Source: Octopus sinensis
Lineage: Eukaryota
Assembly: GCF_006345805.1 (NCBI RefSeq)
Contig: NC_043005.1
Coordinates: 40,982,001 to 41,046,000, forward strand
Reading direction: 5' to 3'
DNA: 64,000 nucleotides
Shown: in pieces, positions 11,545 to 24,288 of the stretch
Numbering within the stretch: the first letter of the stretch is position 1
Layout: the number at the start of each line of letters is the position of its first letter
Made by a program: the position numbers and the translations under genes
The notes under the pieces: generated by a model
What the model saw: the letters and a program-made list of their open reading frames with translations, nothing else
Told to the model about the DNA's origin: nothing
Databases searched by the model: none

Positions 11545-11790
11545 TTATCATCATCATCATCATCATCATCATTGTCGTTGTTGTCGTCGTCGTCGTCATC
11601 CTCCTCTTCCTCCTCTTCCTCCCCTCCCCCCTCCTCCTCTTCATCCTCATCACTATCAACACTCTTCTTCTTCTTCTTCTTCTTCTTCTTCTTCTTCTTT
11701 TCTTCTTCTTCTTCTTCTTCTTCTTCTTCTTCTTCTTCTTCTTCTTCTTCTTCTTCTTCTTCTTCTTCTTCTTCTTCTTCTTCTTCTTCG
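11545..11790. repeat. Compound (TCA)(TTG)(TCG)(TCC)(TTC)n microsatellite
   Basis: Direct reading; ~42 TTC units at 11664-11789. Confidence 0.95.
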
Positions 11791-12089
11791 TAGAATTAGT
11801 ATGTCTTTTAACTTTAAATTTCAACTCTTTCTTATTTGTAAAAATAATAAAAAAGCAAAAAAAAAAAAATTGGACAGGCATAAAATAAAGTAAATATAGA
11901 TTTAATAAAAATTAAATGTTGTTCAATTTTTGTAGATAGAAAAATCGACTCAGACATAATCTGTTTAGAATAATAGTAGGTTGAGAAACTGTTATTTTCG
12001 CCATATTTATATATGAGAATAATGCAATTAATTATATAAAAATATACATAGATAATAAATACTATATAAACATTTATATCTGAGTATGT

Positions 12090-12167
12090 GTGTATGCGTG
12101 TTGCATATATGTACGTGTATACACACACACACATGCATATATACATACATACATACATACATACATA

Positions 12168-12227
<60 letters not shown>

Positions 12228-12385
12228 GTATATATATTATCATCATTTAGTATTTGCTGCTGCTGATATATATATATATACTTACAATATATGCATATAT
12301 ATAATACACACTCATGCACTCATATATTGTAGATTCACAAATTTATACATACTCATATATGTGTGTGTGTATATATATATATATA

Positions 12386-12475
<90 letters not shown>

Positions 12476-12546
12476 GTATGTATGTATATATATATTATAT
12501 ATATATATACAAATATATATTATATATATATATATAGATATATATT

Positions 12547-12626
<80 letters not shown>

Positions 12627-12920
12627 TATATATATATGTATATCTGCACACACACACACACACATATATATATACATGTGTGTGTTACACACACATACAT
12701 ACCATCGTTCATCATCATTATTACTTCATGTCTCTTTTTTCATGGGTTGGACAGGTCATTATGGTTCAACTTAGTTCTTATTCAGGATATATATGTGTAA
12801 GTGTACACACACACACACATACACGCACACACATATACACACACATATATATATATATGTATACACACACACACACCCATATATACATATACATACATAT
12901 ACATGCATATATGTTTTATA
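12090..12920. repeat. (TA)n/(CA)n/(CATA)n microsatellite field
   Basis: Direct reading. Confidence 0.9.
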
Positions 12921-13084
12921 TGCCTAAATTTCTTTGCATGTGTATGTGTGCATGTGTATGTCTGTGTGTCTGTATGTGCAGTGTTATATAGATTTCAACT
13001 TGTGTTATCTTCTCATTACCACCCAAGTACATTGAATACTTGATCAATATTGCCTGTTTTTGTTTCTACAGCACTCTAATAAAG

Positions 13085-13414
13085 ATGGCAATGATGATGA
13101 TGATGATGAGAATGACAGTGGTGATGGTGGTGATGGAAGTGGAGGGCATTGTAGAGACAATAGTAATTGTTGTAGTAGTGGTGGTGGTGGTGGTGGAGCT
13201 GGTGGTAGTGATGTTGGTGGTGGAGCTGGTGGTAGTGATGTTGATGGTGGATATGAAAATGATTAAGATGATGATGATGATGACCAACATCATCGCCATC
13301 GTCATAATCAGGATGATGAACAACAATGTCGATAACAATGATGATGATGATGAGAATGAAGAGAATGACAAGGATGGTGCCCAATGACTATGGTGATGAT
13401 GATGATGATGATGC

Positions 13415-13450
<36 letters not shown>

Positions 13451-13460
13451 GAAGAAAATG
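13085..13460. repeat. (GAT)n/(GGT)n low-complexity tract
   Basis: Direct reading. Confidence 0.9.
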
Positions 13461-14371
13461 ATGTTGATAAAAAAATGGTAATAATAATAGTATTTTGAAA
13501 ACAAGATTGTAAAATCATAAAATACAATAAATATACATAACAAATATAAAATAAATCAACGTCGAAAGAATCAATGATAAGACTATAACAACTAATAATC
13601 AATAGTCATGTTTTAAAAGCTTAGAAATAATAAAATATAGAAAATGCAAAAAAAAAAAGATAAAAAAATAAAAAAAAAGAATCCCAGCTCAAAATAATAA
13701 CAACAACATCAATAACAAAATCAATAACAACAACAGCAAAAGTGACAGTTGCAACAACAAGAACAACAACAGCAGCAGCAGCATCATCAGCAACAACATC
13801 AACAACATCAACAATAGTTAAAAACAATAGCAACTACAAAAACAACAGCAACAACAACAACAACATCAGAAACCCTTTCCTTTCCTTGCTTGCTCTCCAC
13901 TGCCTCTCCCCCGACACCCTTTCCTCAGCGCCATATTCTTCTGACAATGCAATACTAAGAAAATAATTATCACTTTGTAAAAATCCAATAGTTTAGTAAA
14001 CAATCGCTATTATCTCAACTACCACCAATGGCAATATACCACCACTGCCGCCACTGCCCCTACCACCACCACCACCACCACCATGGTCATCATCATCATC
14101 ATAATTATTGTTACTATCACTACTACCACAACTGCTGCCACAGCAAAAGTTGTGTTGGAGCAGCATTTTCAACGGCCAGATGCCCTTCTTGTTACCAAAC
14201 TCTGTCTCATCTTTCCAAATGATGGAATAATCTCTCAGCCCAAATGATGTAATAATCAACAAACAGCCCATATTCGCTTTACATGGAAAATGGAATAACA
14301 AACAGTCACCGGAAACTAAAACTTACCTTTTGTTTACAAAGATTGTGCAATACATCAATAAGCCTAGATAT

Positions 14372-14596
14372 AGGCACAGATGTGACTGTGTGGTAAGAAA
14401 CTTGCTCCCTAACACCATGGTTCCAGGTTCAGTCCCACTGTGTGGCATCTTTGGCAGGTGTCTTCTACTATAGCATCAGGCTGACCAAAGCCTTGTGAGT
14501 GGATTTGGTGGAAGGAAACTGAAAGAAGCCTATCATAAGTGTGTGTGTGAATGTGTGTGTGTGTGCATGTATGTATGTATGTATGTATTATGTATG

Positions 14597-14655
<59 letters not shown>

Positions 14656-14656
14656 T

Positions 14657-14687
<31 letters not shown>

Positions 14688-15450
14688 GAGCTGCTTTCTC
14701 GTATATGAGCAAAGCCATTGCTAGAAAGAATCATTGAACTGAATCAATGGTGATGCAATGTGAGGTCCTTGCATGACTCTTAAACCCAGCGAAAATTTTG
14801 CACATTCTATTGCATAATGCACAACTGTACTGGCTGGCAGAAGGAACAGGTGCCACAGTATGAACTTTTTTGACATGCCTTTTCAACTGAGAGGCACACC
14901 TTTCCACATGTTGCACATATTCTGTTCTGAACAATAGCCATATCACAATTTACCATGGGTCGATTCCTGCACAACTTAAGCACCTCCTCCCACAACCACA
15001 CACACAAAAAGCAACACTCCCTCGTACTCTACAGGTTCATTCCTTCTAAGCCTTCTCCTAATCTTCTGGTGCTTCATTCTCTCTCCCCACAAACCTCAAA
15101 CAACCACTGTGCACTCTCTTCCACCATCCTTCTTGGTCAGTTGAAATTTCTGAGTGTGTGTGTGTGCGTGTGCGTGTGTGTGTGTGTGTGTGTATGTGTG
15201 TGTGTGTGTGTATGTGTGTATCTATGTGTGTATCTTTGTGTCTGTGTTTGTCCCTCAGCATCGTTTGACAACTGATGTTGGTGTGTCTGTGTCCCCGTAA
15301 CTTAGCAGTTTGGCAAAAAGATCGATAGAATAAGTACCAGGCTTAAAAAAAAAACGTAGAAGGCTCAGTTCATTTGACTAAAAGTTCTTGAAGATGGTGC
15401 CCCAGTGTGGCCACAGTCTAATGACTAAAACTGGTAAAGGATAAAAGATA
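14372..15450 (+). mobile_element. SINE family A split by a LINE fragment
   Basis: 5' half 14372-14535 and 3' half 15220-15450, separated by microsatellites and the 14730-15150 fragment. Confidence 0.75.
14730..15150 (-). pseudogene. Decayed C-terminus of an RTE-like LINE ORF with C2H2-type zinc fingers
   Basis: Translated pieces: EISTDQEGWWKRVHSGCLRF (resembles the RTE DRxxWRxxVxxGxxxFE motif), ERMKHQKIRRRLRR, CGRRCLSCAG, CATCGKVCLS/LKRHVKKVH and an intact CALCNRMCKIFAGFKSHARTSH (C-x2-C-x12-H-x4-H). Frameshifts between pieces. Confidence 0.6.
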
Positions 15451-15899
15451 GTTTCATAGGGAGACAGCAAGCAAATGGCACCATTAGTAAAGTCATCGTT
15501 TACAACCAGTGAATGAGAAGGGAAATATAAAATCACTTACACCACACACACAAACACACATGCACGCACACACATGTGCGTGCACACACACACACATGTG
15601 CGTGCACACACACACACACTGACACTTTGTCAGTTGTAATGGCATGTGTTCCAGTTGATCCAATCAATGGAATAGACTGCTCGTGAAATTAACATGCAAG
15701 TGGCTGAGTACTCCACAGACACATGCACCTTTAATGTAGTTCTCAGAAGAGATTCAGCATGACACCAGACTACTCACTTTTGCCAGCTGAGTGAACTGGA
15801 GTGATGTGAAATAAAGAACAAAATGCACTACCAGTAAATTAAATTCATGACCTTATGATTGTGAGCTGAATAAGCTAACCACTAAGTCATATATATGCC

Positions 15900-15938
<39 letters not shown>

Positions 15939-16185
15939 TATAAAATTCACTCAAAAGGCTTTGACGAACCTGGGGCTATTATAGAAGACACTTGTGCAAG
16001 GTGTCACACAACGAGACTGAACCTGAAACCTTGTGGTAGGAAAGTGAATTGCTTAGTCATTCATAGTTGATATAATAAAGAAGTAGTCTTGGATGGTGTG
16101 TATTGACGGAATTTTCAGATGAGTCTGTCTTGCGGGTAATTGCTCCAATGTTTTGCATTCTGAATTCTTCACTGGTAGATTGAAT

Positions 16186-16550
16186 CATCATCATCATCAT
16201 CATTTAACATCCATCTTCCATGCTGGCATGGGTTGGACTGCTTGACAGGAGCTGGCCAGGCAGGAGCCTGCATCAAACTTCTGTGTCTGTTTTGGCAGGG
16301 TTTTTATAGCTGGATGCCCTTCCTAATACCAACTATCGGAGTGGACAGAGTGCTTTTTATGTGGCACAAGCACAAATGAGGAGGATATTGGTATGTTTTT
16401 TACAGCTGGCTGCACTTCTTTACTGGACTGGATGCTTTTTACGTGGTATCAGCACTGGCAGGGTCACCAAGTAGCTTGCAAGACAAAGATCCTTTGAGAG
16501 AGGAAGGGGGCATTGGAGGAGATGATTTCGTGTCAGATGATGAAAGGTTA
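16186..16550 (-). mobile_element. (GAT)n-tailed RTE-related element
   Basis: (cat)n + ttaacatccatcttccatgctggcatgggttgg...ctggatgcccttcc..., with a partial internal duplication at 16385-16440. Confidence 0.7.
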
Positions 16551-19500
16551 TTCTCAATTTAACAACCCCATCTGACCCTCCCTTGTGTATTTTTAACAAA
16601 GCCTATTCAGTTGCACACATCTGGGAAGGGTCTCTTCCTCCCTTTCTCACACCAGGGCTCCTGAAAATATAAAGGGTCATGGGCATTGCTCTTGTTCCTG
16701 ATAAAAATTGTTAAAGAAAACATTGATGACAATAACAACAACAACAACAACAACAGCTGCAGCAGCAGCAGCCGTCCAAGAATTTGGACCTGCAGATTTC
16801 CCTTTCCAGCGACTTTGAGGGCCACCTCCCAGTGGTGTCGGGCGTCAACAAAGAGCCCTCGACTACAACAAGACAACCAAAGTTTTTTTTTCCAAGCTCT
16901 GCGGTCTCCCACCCCTAAGCCTTAGATCATCACCTAATCACCCCCTATCCATCTTGTTACTTAACAACAACAACAGCAGCAGCAGCAGTAGCAATAACAA
17001 CAACATAAGCGGGAATAGACAAACAAAATTTCATCATACTCATACAGTCACAGGAATGGTTGCGCACTTAAGAAATTTGCTTCCCTACTACATGATTTTG
17101 GGTTCAGTCCCACTGCAGAGTACTTTGGGCAAGAGTCTTATGTAATAACTCCAAGCTGACCAAAGCCTAGTGAGCTGGTTGACAGAAACTGAAAGAAGCT
17201 CATCATATATATCTGTATGTGTGTGTATGTGTATGTGTGTTAGTGTGCATGTGTGTGTATGTGTGTGTGTGTTAGTGTGCATGTGTGTGTATGTGTGTAT
17301 GATTGTGAGTATGTATGTCTCCTTGTCTTGACATTCCCTAATAGTTGTAAATAAGTGTCACTGTCACACAAGCAGTGTCATTCTCTTCCAAATGTTCTGC
17401 AAGAGCATGTCCAGCTATGGAGAAATATTACCTTGCTTGGAAACAGAGGAAGGTAGCAAGAGAAAGTTCATTCAACCCATAGTCGATCTGCCTCAATAAA
17501 CTTCATCTGGCCATACAAGCAAGGCAAAGTAGACCTTAAAATAATGATGATGGCATGCTGAACCATATCCAATTAAACCCTGTATGTTAGAATGCACACT
17601 ATGGCCGCCCTAACTTACATGGAGAAATAATATATTTAAAGCTATGGATCCACCTAGAAATTCAACCAATTTACTTAGGCACCATAATTTTATTCAATTA
17701 TATTTGATCTAGTTCACCATAATGATGAGCAAATGATAGAGTCTCTTAATAGTCACTTGACATGCTAGAAATAGCAGCCAAATATTTTTCAAATGACTCC
17801 CTTAACAAAAGAAAGAACACATAGGATAATGTTGTCTGCATTACAGAATATTTAAAAACATTATAGAATGGCTGCAGAAGGAAAGTATGTAACCAATGGT
17901 TTGCTCAATCAGAGCTACCTTAAAATTAAACACTGGCAGCTACAAGCACCATTATCATTGCTGCCAAAGCTGTGAGATATTTTGACAACTGTGCTCTGCA
18001 TAGTTATGAGCTGCCCTTTGACAAGGCATAGCACCCTTTCAGCCACCCTGCCAGAGATATGGTGAAATCATGGCACTTCAGCATGGCAGATTGTGAAGAG
18101 GCAGCATAAGAGCTCACCTGAGCCAACAATGCTTCTCATATTGATGCTGAGCAGAGGAATCCTAGAAGATCAATGGTCTGGATCACCAAGCTCTATCAAC
18201 AAAGCAACTGCGACACATCCATAGGGGCAGCTTCCATGGTTGTGTAATCAGTTAATGAAAGATTCATTATGACTGAAGCTCCCAGTTCAAATAGAATTGG
18301 ATGGTGACAGAGAGTCACAGGAATCCGCACAAACAGCATGACTGGATATTTATAATACTACTGCCATTACCACTTACATTGCTATTAACAATTATTACCA
18401 ATTACTATCATAATTATCAATATGATTTGCAACAACAGAGATACCTAGAAACAGCAGCAAATTCCTCTTCAAAATATACTTGATTGTTTTCAAAACAGAG
18501 AAGAAAGCAGGATTGTCATGGCAATAATGCCTTTCATCATAAGTTTTATTAGTCGATGATGGTTTAGGGCTAAACAACAACAACAACAACAACATCAATT
18601 ATTGTCATCACAACCACAATGACGTCATTGCTGTTACTGTCATCAGCATTTTCACCATCACCACTAAACCGATCATCTGAACTAGAACATAATGTAAAAC
18701 AACACATCTCAAAGAACCATCGACTTTGCTGTACTTCCATGTTATCAAAGACAGCACACCAAATGTTGATAACTTGATTGAAGAAAATATTGACAGTTAT
18801 TTCTATAAGTATCAAAAGATTGTTAATCTATTTGTAAAATTTAATTGGATTCTGTACTACAAGTCATTTTTATAGATTTTAGGTAATACTATATGTAAGC
18901 AACTTGTCTTTACATGCAATATCTTCTTCGATAAGTAAAAAGAAATTAGTCAATCTAGTTTCAATCCTGTTTTGGGATTTCATCAGTGACTGACTACTCC
19001 CTTTAATTGTTCACCAACTTTTGCTAAAGGCCTTAAGTTCAGAAAGACTGATTTGCATAATATAAAGCATTCTTGATAGCTAGCTTGATGAATAGATTAT
19101 TGAAGCATTAGCAGTATTTTCTTTCAATGATATTCAGCATGACAGAATAGTGAAATTAATCATGCTGGTTGTCAAGAATGCATTATATTATGCAAACCAG
19201 TTCATCAGATTTCATTAATCCTGAGTAATAGCAGGCTTATAAGCAACATCTCAGGGAACAGATAAAAAGAGTAGTTACTTGTGATGAAATCCCTCTAATT
19301 TGGTTGATCTTTCTCCAATTGTCCACAAAGTTATTGTCTATTATTTATAGTGTTGACTAAAATCTATAGATGTATATTCTGTAGCATATAATAATAGCAA
19401 TGAAACAAAATGATGTTGATATAAGAGTTAATTGAAGTAAAGGTAAAGTTACTTTCTCGAGTCATACTGATGTATAAGGATCAGTTTCCTGGTTTCATGG

Positions 19501-20114
19501 TTTACATACTCCCGCACCTGAATGGATTGGAGCAGTGTGAAATGAAGTGTTTTCCTCAACAACACAACACATCACCTCGTCCAGGAATTGAAACCACAAT
19601 CTTACGACTATGCGACCCACACCCTAACCACTAATCCACGTGCCTCCACTAATTGAAGTGGTTGTCAGGAATGCATTCCTCCTCCTCCTCCTCCTCCTCA
19701 CCACCACCACCACCACCACCACCACTACCACCACCAGCATCGTTTCAATATTCACTTTTCTAAGCTTGCATGGGTTAAATGGAATTTGTTGTTGTAGATT
19801 TTCTACAGCCGGATGTCTTTCCTGCTGCTAACCCACTTCAGTTTCTAAGTAAGATAATATTTATCCATGGATAGACATGTTTCCACAGAAGATTGGAAAT
19901 GGATAACACTGCTTGTATGATGGTGATATTCATTTACAACCATCACATGATATCAAGACAAGGAGAGACTAACATCCCCACCACACATACCCAGGTGTAT
20001 TGATTTGATACTCAGGAAGAATGGTAAAGTCTTTGAAATTTTGAGCCTACACTCTTCAACAGAAAGGATTGAAAGGGAAAAAAATGGAGAGAGAAGAAAT
20101 GTCTAGGGATTAGC

Positions 20115-21273
20115 AGTTCAACTATCCCTAGTTTCCTCATTGACCACCAGATAAGGGATTGGGGGACCCTATCAAAGGCTTTCTCCGTGTCAACGAAAGC
20201 CAGGTACAGAGGTTTATCTTTGGCTAGATATTTCTCCTGCAGCTGTCTTACCAGAAATATTGCATCAGTGGTGCTTTTCCCTGGCATGAACCCAAATTGC
20301 ATCTTATCTAAACTGCCTCTCTCCCTAATTAGTTGGGCTATGACCCTCTCCATGACCTTCATTACCTGATCCAACAACTTGATACCTCTGTAATTATTTA
20401 TATCTAAAGTGTCACCTTTACCTTTGTAGCAGTTGACTATGGTGCTGCTGCACTAGTCATTGGGTATGGCTCCCTCATGTATCACCTGGTTAACTATACA
20501 GGTGACTAGGCTATAGCTGACACCACCAGATATTTTGAGCATCTCTGCGGTGATTCCTGATGGGCCGGAGGCTTTCCCTGTCTTCATACTCTTAATTGCT
20601 TTATCTACCAAGGTACTGTTAATTTGGATAGCTGGTCCCTCTGTTGGGTTGACATTCGGCAGACTCCCTTTCTCCCATTCATTCTCTTTATTGAGCAACC
20701 TTTCATAGTGGCATCTCCAAACCTCTCTCTTTGCAGCCTCGTTTAGTGCAACTGAACCATCATCCATGCAGACATATTTCTCTGCTATGACATCACAATT
20801 CTCTCTCACACACTGTCTTGCAACACGAAATACTTCAAGTCTTTGCTCATCACGGCACAGAACATTGGCAAATCTTTTCTTATCTGCTTCCCCTTTGGCT
20901 AAATAAAACTGTCTCCTAGCTTCTCTTTTGGCAGTCTGATACGATTCCCTGCTACCACCATTCTTCCAGTCCTTCCAAGCCTGTCTCTTTTCTCTAATAT
21001 CCCTGTCAACCACATTGTTTCACCACCACATTCTCTTGGGTCGAGAGGGGACTTTGCACCATCCACAGATCTGGTCAGTAGTACTCAGCAGGTTGTCCCA
21101 TAGAAACCTCCAGTTTTCTTCCACATCATGTAATGCTATATCCCTTTCTATTTCATCAAAGGCTTCGAGTAATACGTCTCTAAATCTTCCTCCATTCACA
21201 AGATCTTTAAGCTTCCAGACCCATCTCCTCGATGCTGGTCAGTTTCTGGGCATTCATTTAGCCCTGATCCTGA
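20115..21273 (-). pseudogene. RTE-clade LINE ORF2 fragment (linker + N-terminal RT), with stops
   Basis: WKLKDL...KAIKSMKTGKASGPSGITAEMLK...YKGKGD...NYRGIKLLDQVMKVMERV...QFGFMPGKSTTDAIFLVRQLQEKY...LYLAFVDTEKAFDRVP. These are characteristic non-LTR RT motifs of RTE type. Confidence 0.92.
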
Positions 21274-21451
21274 AGGTGAAGGGGGTAAACCACGAGCTAG
21301 CAAATTTAGACAAGAGCATTTTCTGGATTTGTAGTCTTTCGGGGGAGTAATTAAAAATTGAGTAAGGGAATCCCAGTGTGTGCACTAGTTTATATAGGGT
21401 GGTGGTGATGGTGGAAGAGTGGGGGAAGTGTTGGCGAATCAAGTGGTAAAT

Positions 21452-21488
<37 letters not shown>

Positions 21489-21989
21489 GGCAGAGAGAGA
21501 GAGCAGGGGCCAGAGTTAGAGTGGTCAGGCATAGAACATTAGGGAGAAAAATATTCTTTATCCATCCTTTTTTAAGAGAGTAAAGTACAGTTTCAGGCTG
21601 GTTTGGCTGTCATGTCCAGCAATCCAAATGACTACATTAAGACTTCCTTGTTGGCTCATAAAATCTCCCTCACTGGTTGGCATCAGTTTGCATGACTTGC
21701 ATCTGTAGGTGTATGTGTGTGCATGTGTATGTGGAGGGTTGTGTATATGAGTGTAGAGAGCATATGTGTACATACATGCAGATGTTATACGTTTAGTGTA
21801 TAACTGAAATGAACTGTTTACAAACCAGCATGGTTCCCCAAATATCTATATGACAATTGATCATTAGATGTGGCAGTTAGTAAATCTCAAATGGTTGCAT
21901 GACCTGCTAAAAATAGCAGCAAATTTTCCTTCATTTACACCCTCCCTACTGTCTTAAAAAAGCAGGGACACATTGTATAATAAAGGGTA

Positions 21990-22325
21990 AAAGGGAAAAG
22001 ACCCCCTTCAGTCATAAGTGACCATGCGATTGCACCTAGAAAGTTACCCTCTGAAGCACAAATCTGGGCAAGGTTGTTTATGGAAGACCAGCAGTTGCCC
22101 ATGCACACCAGCCTCCTCTCTCCATGCCACTGATGTTCTCCAAGGGAAAGGTAAAGGCTGATACAGCTTGGCACCAGTGATACACTCATTTCTGCAGCTG
22201 AGTGAACTGGAGCAATGTGAAATAAAGTGTCTTGCTCAAGAACACAACACACAGCCTGGTCCAGGACTCGAACTCACTGCCTCATGATTGTGAGCTTGAC
22301 ACTCTAACCACTGAGCCATGTACTT
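21990..22325 (-). mobile_element. tRNA-headed SINE family B, near full length
   Basis: The head reads on minus as catggctcagtggttagagtgtcaagctcacaatcatgaggcagtgagttcgagtcc (A/B boxes). Body matches 8357-8670. Confidence 0.8.
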
Positions 22326-22479
22326 CATTTCACATAGTATAATATAGTTATAGATATGCAATGTCTAACGGAAAGGTGGGATGGTCACAGTTGGAATGGT
22401 TTCTATTATGACTCTGATCAGAGCCAATCCTGATGATAAACAAAAAAAAAAAATTAACTACTGATCAGTTTAGGCCACT

Positions 22480-23000
22480 ATTCTTTTAAACTGTATGAAT
22501 GTATGTGTGTGTGTGCATGTGTGTGGGTGGGTGTTTGTATGAGTGTATGCATATATGTGAGTGTGTGTGTGTATGTGTGTGTGTGACTGTGTGTGCTTGT
22601 ATGAGTGTGTGAATATGTGTGTGTGTTTGTGTGTTTGTATAGACATGTGTTTGTATTTGTTTGTATAAGTGTATGCTTATGTCTGAGTGTGTGTGTATGT
22701 GTGTGTTTGTATGAGTGCATTCATATGTGTGAATGTGCGTATGTGTGAGAGTGTGCATGTGCACATGTAGGTGTGTTTGTATGAGTGCATGCATATGTGT
22801 GAGTGTATATGTGTGCTTGTATGACTATGTGCATATGTGTGTATGTGTATGTATTCGTCTTTGTATGAGTGTATGCTTATGTGTGTATGTGTGTGTGTGT
22901 GTGTCTGTGCATGTGCCTGCATGAGTGTGTGCACATGTGTTAGTGTGTGCATTTGTGTGAGTGTGTGGGATCTGTGTGTATGTACACATTCATGCATCTG
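22480..23000. repeat. (TG)n-derived cryptic minisatellite
   Basis: Recurrent ttgtatgagtgYatgcatatgtg motif within TG runs. Confidence 0.8.
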
Positions 23001-23441
23001 TTATGCAACTTGAGGATAATTGAAATTAAATATGTATAAAACATTGTGTTTCTCTCTATATTAGACTATTGATTAATGCTTTAGCCATTCATTCATACAA
23101 GATATATGTATAAGTAATGCATGTGTGCTTGTGTGTGTGAGTATGTGCATGGGTATGCATGTGTCTGTGAGTCTGTGTGTGTATGCGTGCAAACACACAC
23201 ACATTACATGCAACAAGTGGAGGATTGAAATTAACCGTGCACCAAATATATTCAACCCATTTATTCTAAATGAGACCAGAGTGCGTCAGTTCATGGCATT
23301 AAAAGACCGAATTTAAGCATTGTGGTGACCATACTGAGTTATATAGATTAAAATAGGAAGTAAATCTATGATCCTACCTGATATCTTTTATCGTTTACTT
23401 GTTTCAGTCATTAGACTGTGGTCATGCTGGGGCACTGCCTT

Positions 23442-23500
<59 letters not shown>

Positions 23501-23614
23501 AATGAGTGAGTGGACAAACAAAAGAAGGGCACTAAATTTCCACAAGCCAATGATTAGCTCTATGAGCATTGAAGCTTTAAGAATTTGAATCAAACTGTTT
23601 TGATCCATATATAT

Positions 23615-23647
<33 letters not shown>

Positions 23648-23714
23648 TGATAAAACGGTAAGACAACAAAAGAAAGAAAGAGATCTCGATAGTACGTAAA
23701 TAGAGGAATTTATC

Positions 23715-23827
23715 TGTAAATGTAATATGTGACAATTATTCGATAGCCATGATAAAACTCCACCTCGGCATCCAAAACTTGGAGTTTTATCATGGCTACT
23801 GAATAATTGTCACATATTACATTTACA
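23715..23827. repeat. Inverted repeat, 48-bp arms, 17-bp loop
   Basis: 23715-23762 vs 23780-23827: 46/48 complementary. Confidence 0.9.
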
Positions 23828-23889
23828 TGTAGCTATAGATATAGATAGATATATTTATATATACACATACATATATATACAAACACTGA

Positions 23890-24288
23890 AGATGTACAGA
23901 AAACATTCCATCACATGCCAGGGGAAAAAACTAGAAGTAGTTGATAGCTTCTTCTACCTTTGTGACCAAGTCTGTGGTGGGGTAGGTTACTCTGAGAGTG
24001 TAGTGGCTAGAATAGTAATAGCCTGGGCAAAGTTCAGGGAGCCCCTACCTCAGGTGGCAACTAAGGGCCTCTCGCTCAAGATGAAAGGTAGACTGTATGA
24101 TGCATGTGTGCAAACAGCCAAGCTACACAGCAGTGAAACATGGGTCATAACTGCTGAGGACATGCAGTGGCTTGAAAGAGATGAAGCTAGTATGATCCGC
24201 TGGATGTGTAATGTCAGAGTGCAAACATGACAGAGCATGAGTGCCCTGAGAGAAAAGTTGGAGATAAGAAGCATCAAATGTGGTATGC
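23890..24288 (+). pseudogene. RTE-clade LINE ORF2 fragment (post-RT region)
   Basis: KLEVVDSFFYL...ARIVIAWAKFRE...KGRLYDACVQTAKLHSSETW...LERDEASMIRWMCNV...SALREKL. Confidence 0.85.

Noticed and set aside
18301-18790. Short ORFs with hydrophobic stretches (signal peptide or TM-like)
   Set aside because: The hydrophobicity comes from decayed ATT/CTA/ACA triplet runs; there are stops in all frames and no splice support.
20115-24288. The two RTE fragments as one twin-primed or inverted element
   Set aside because: They diverge away from each other, are 2.6 kb apart with other repeats between, and a large part of the RT is missing between them.
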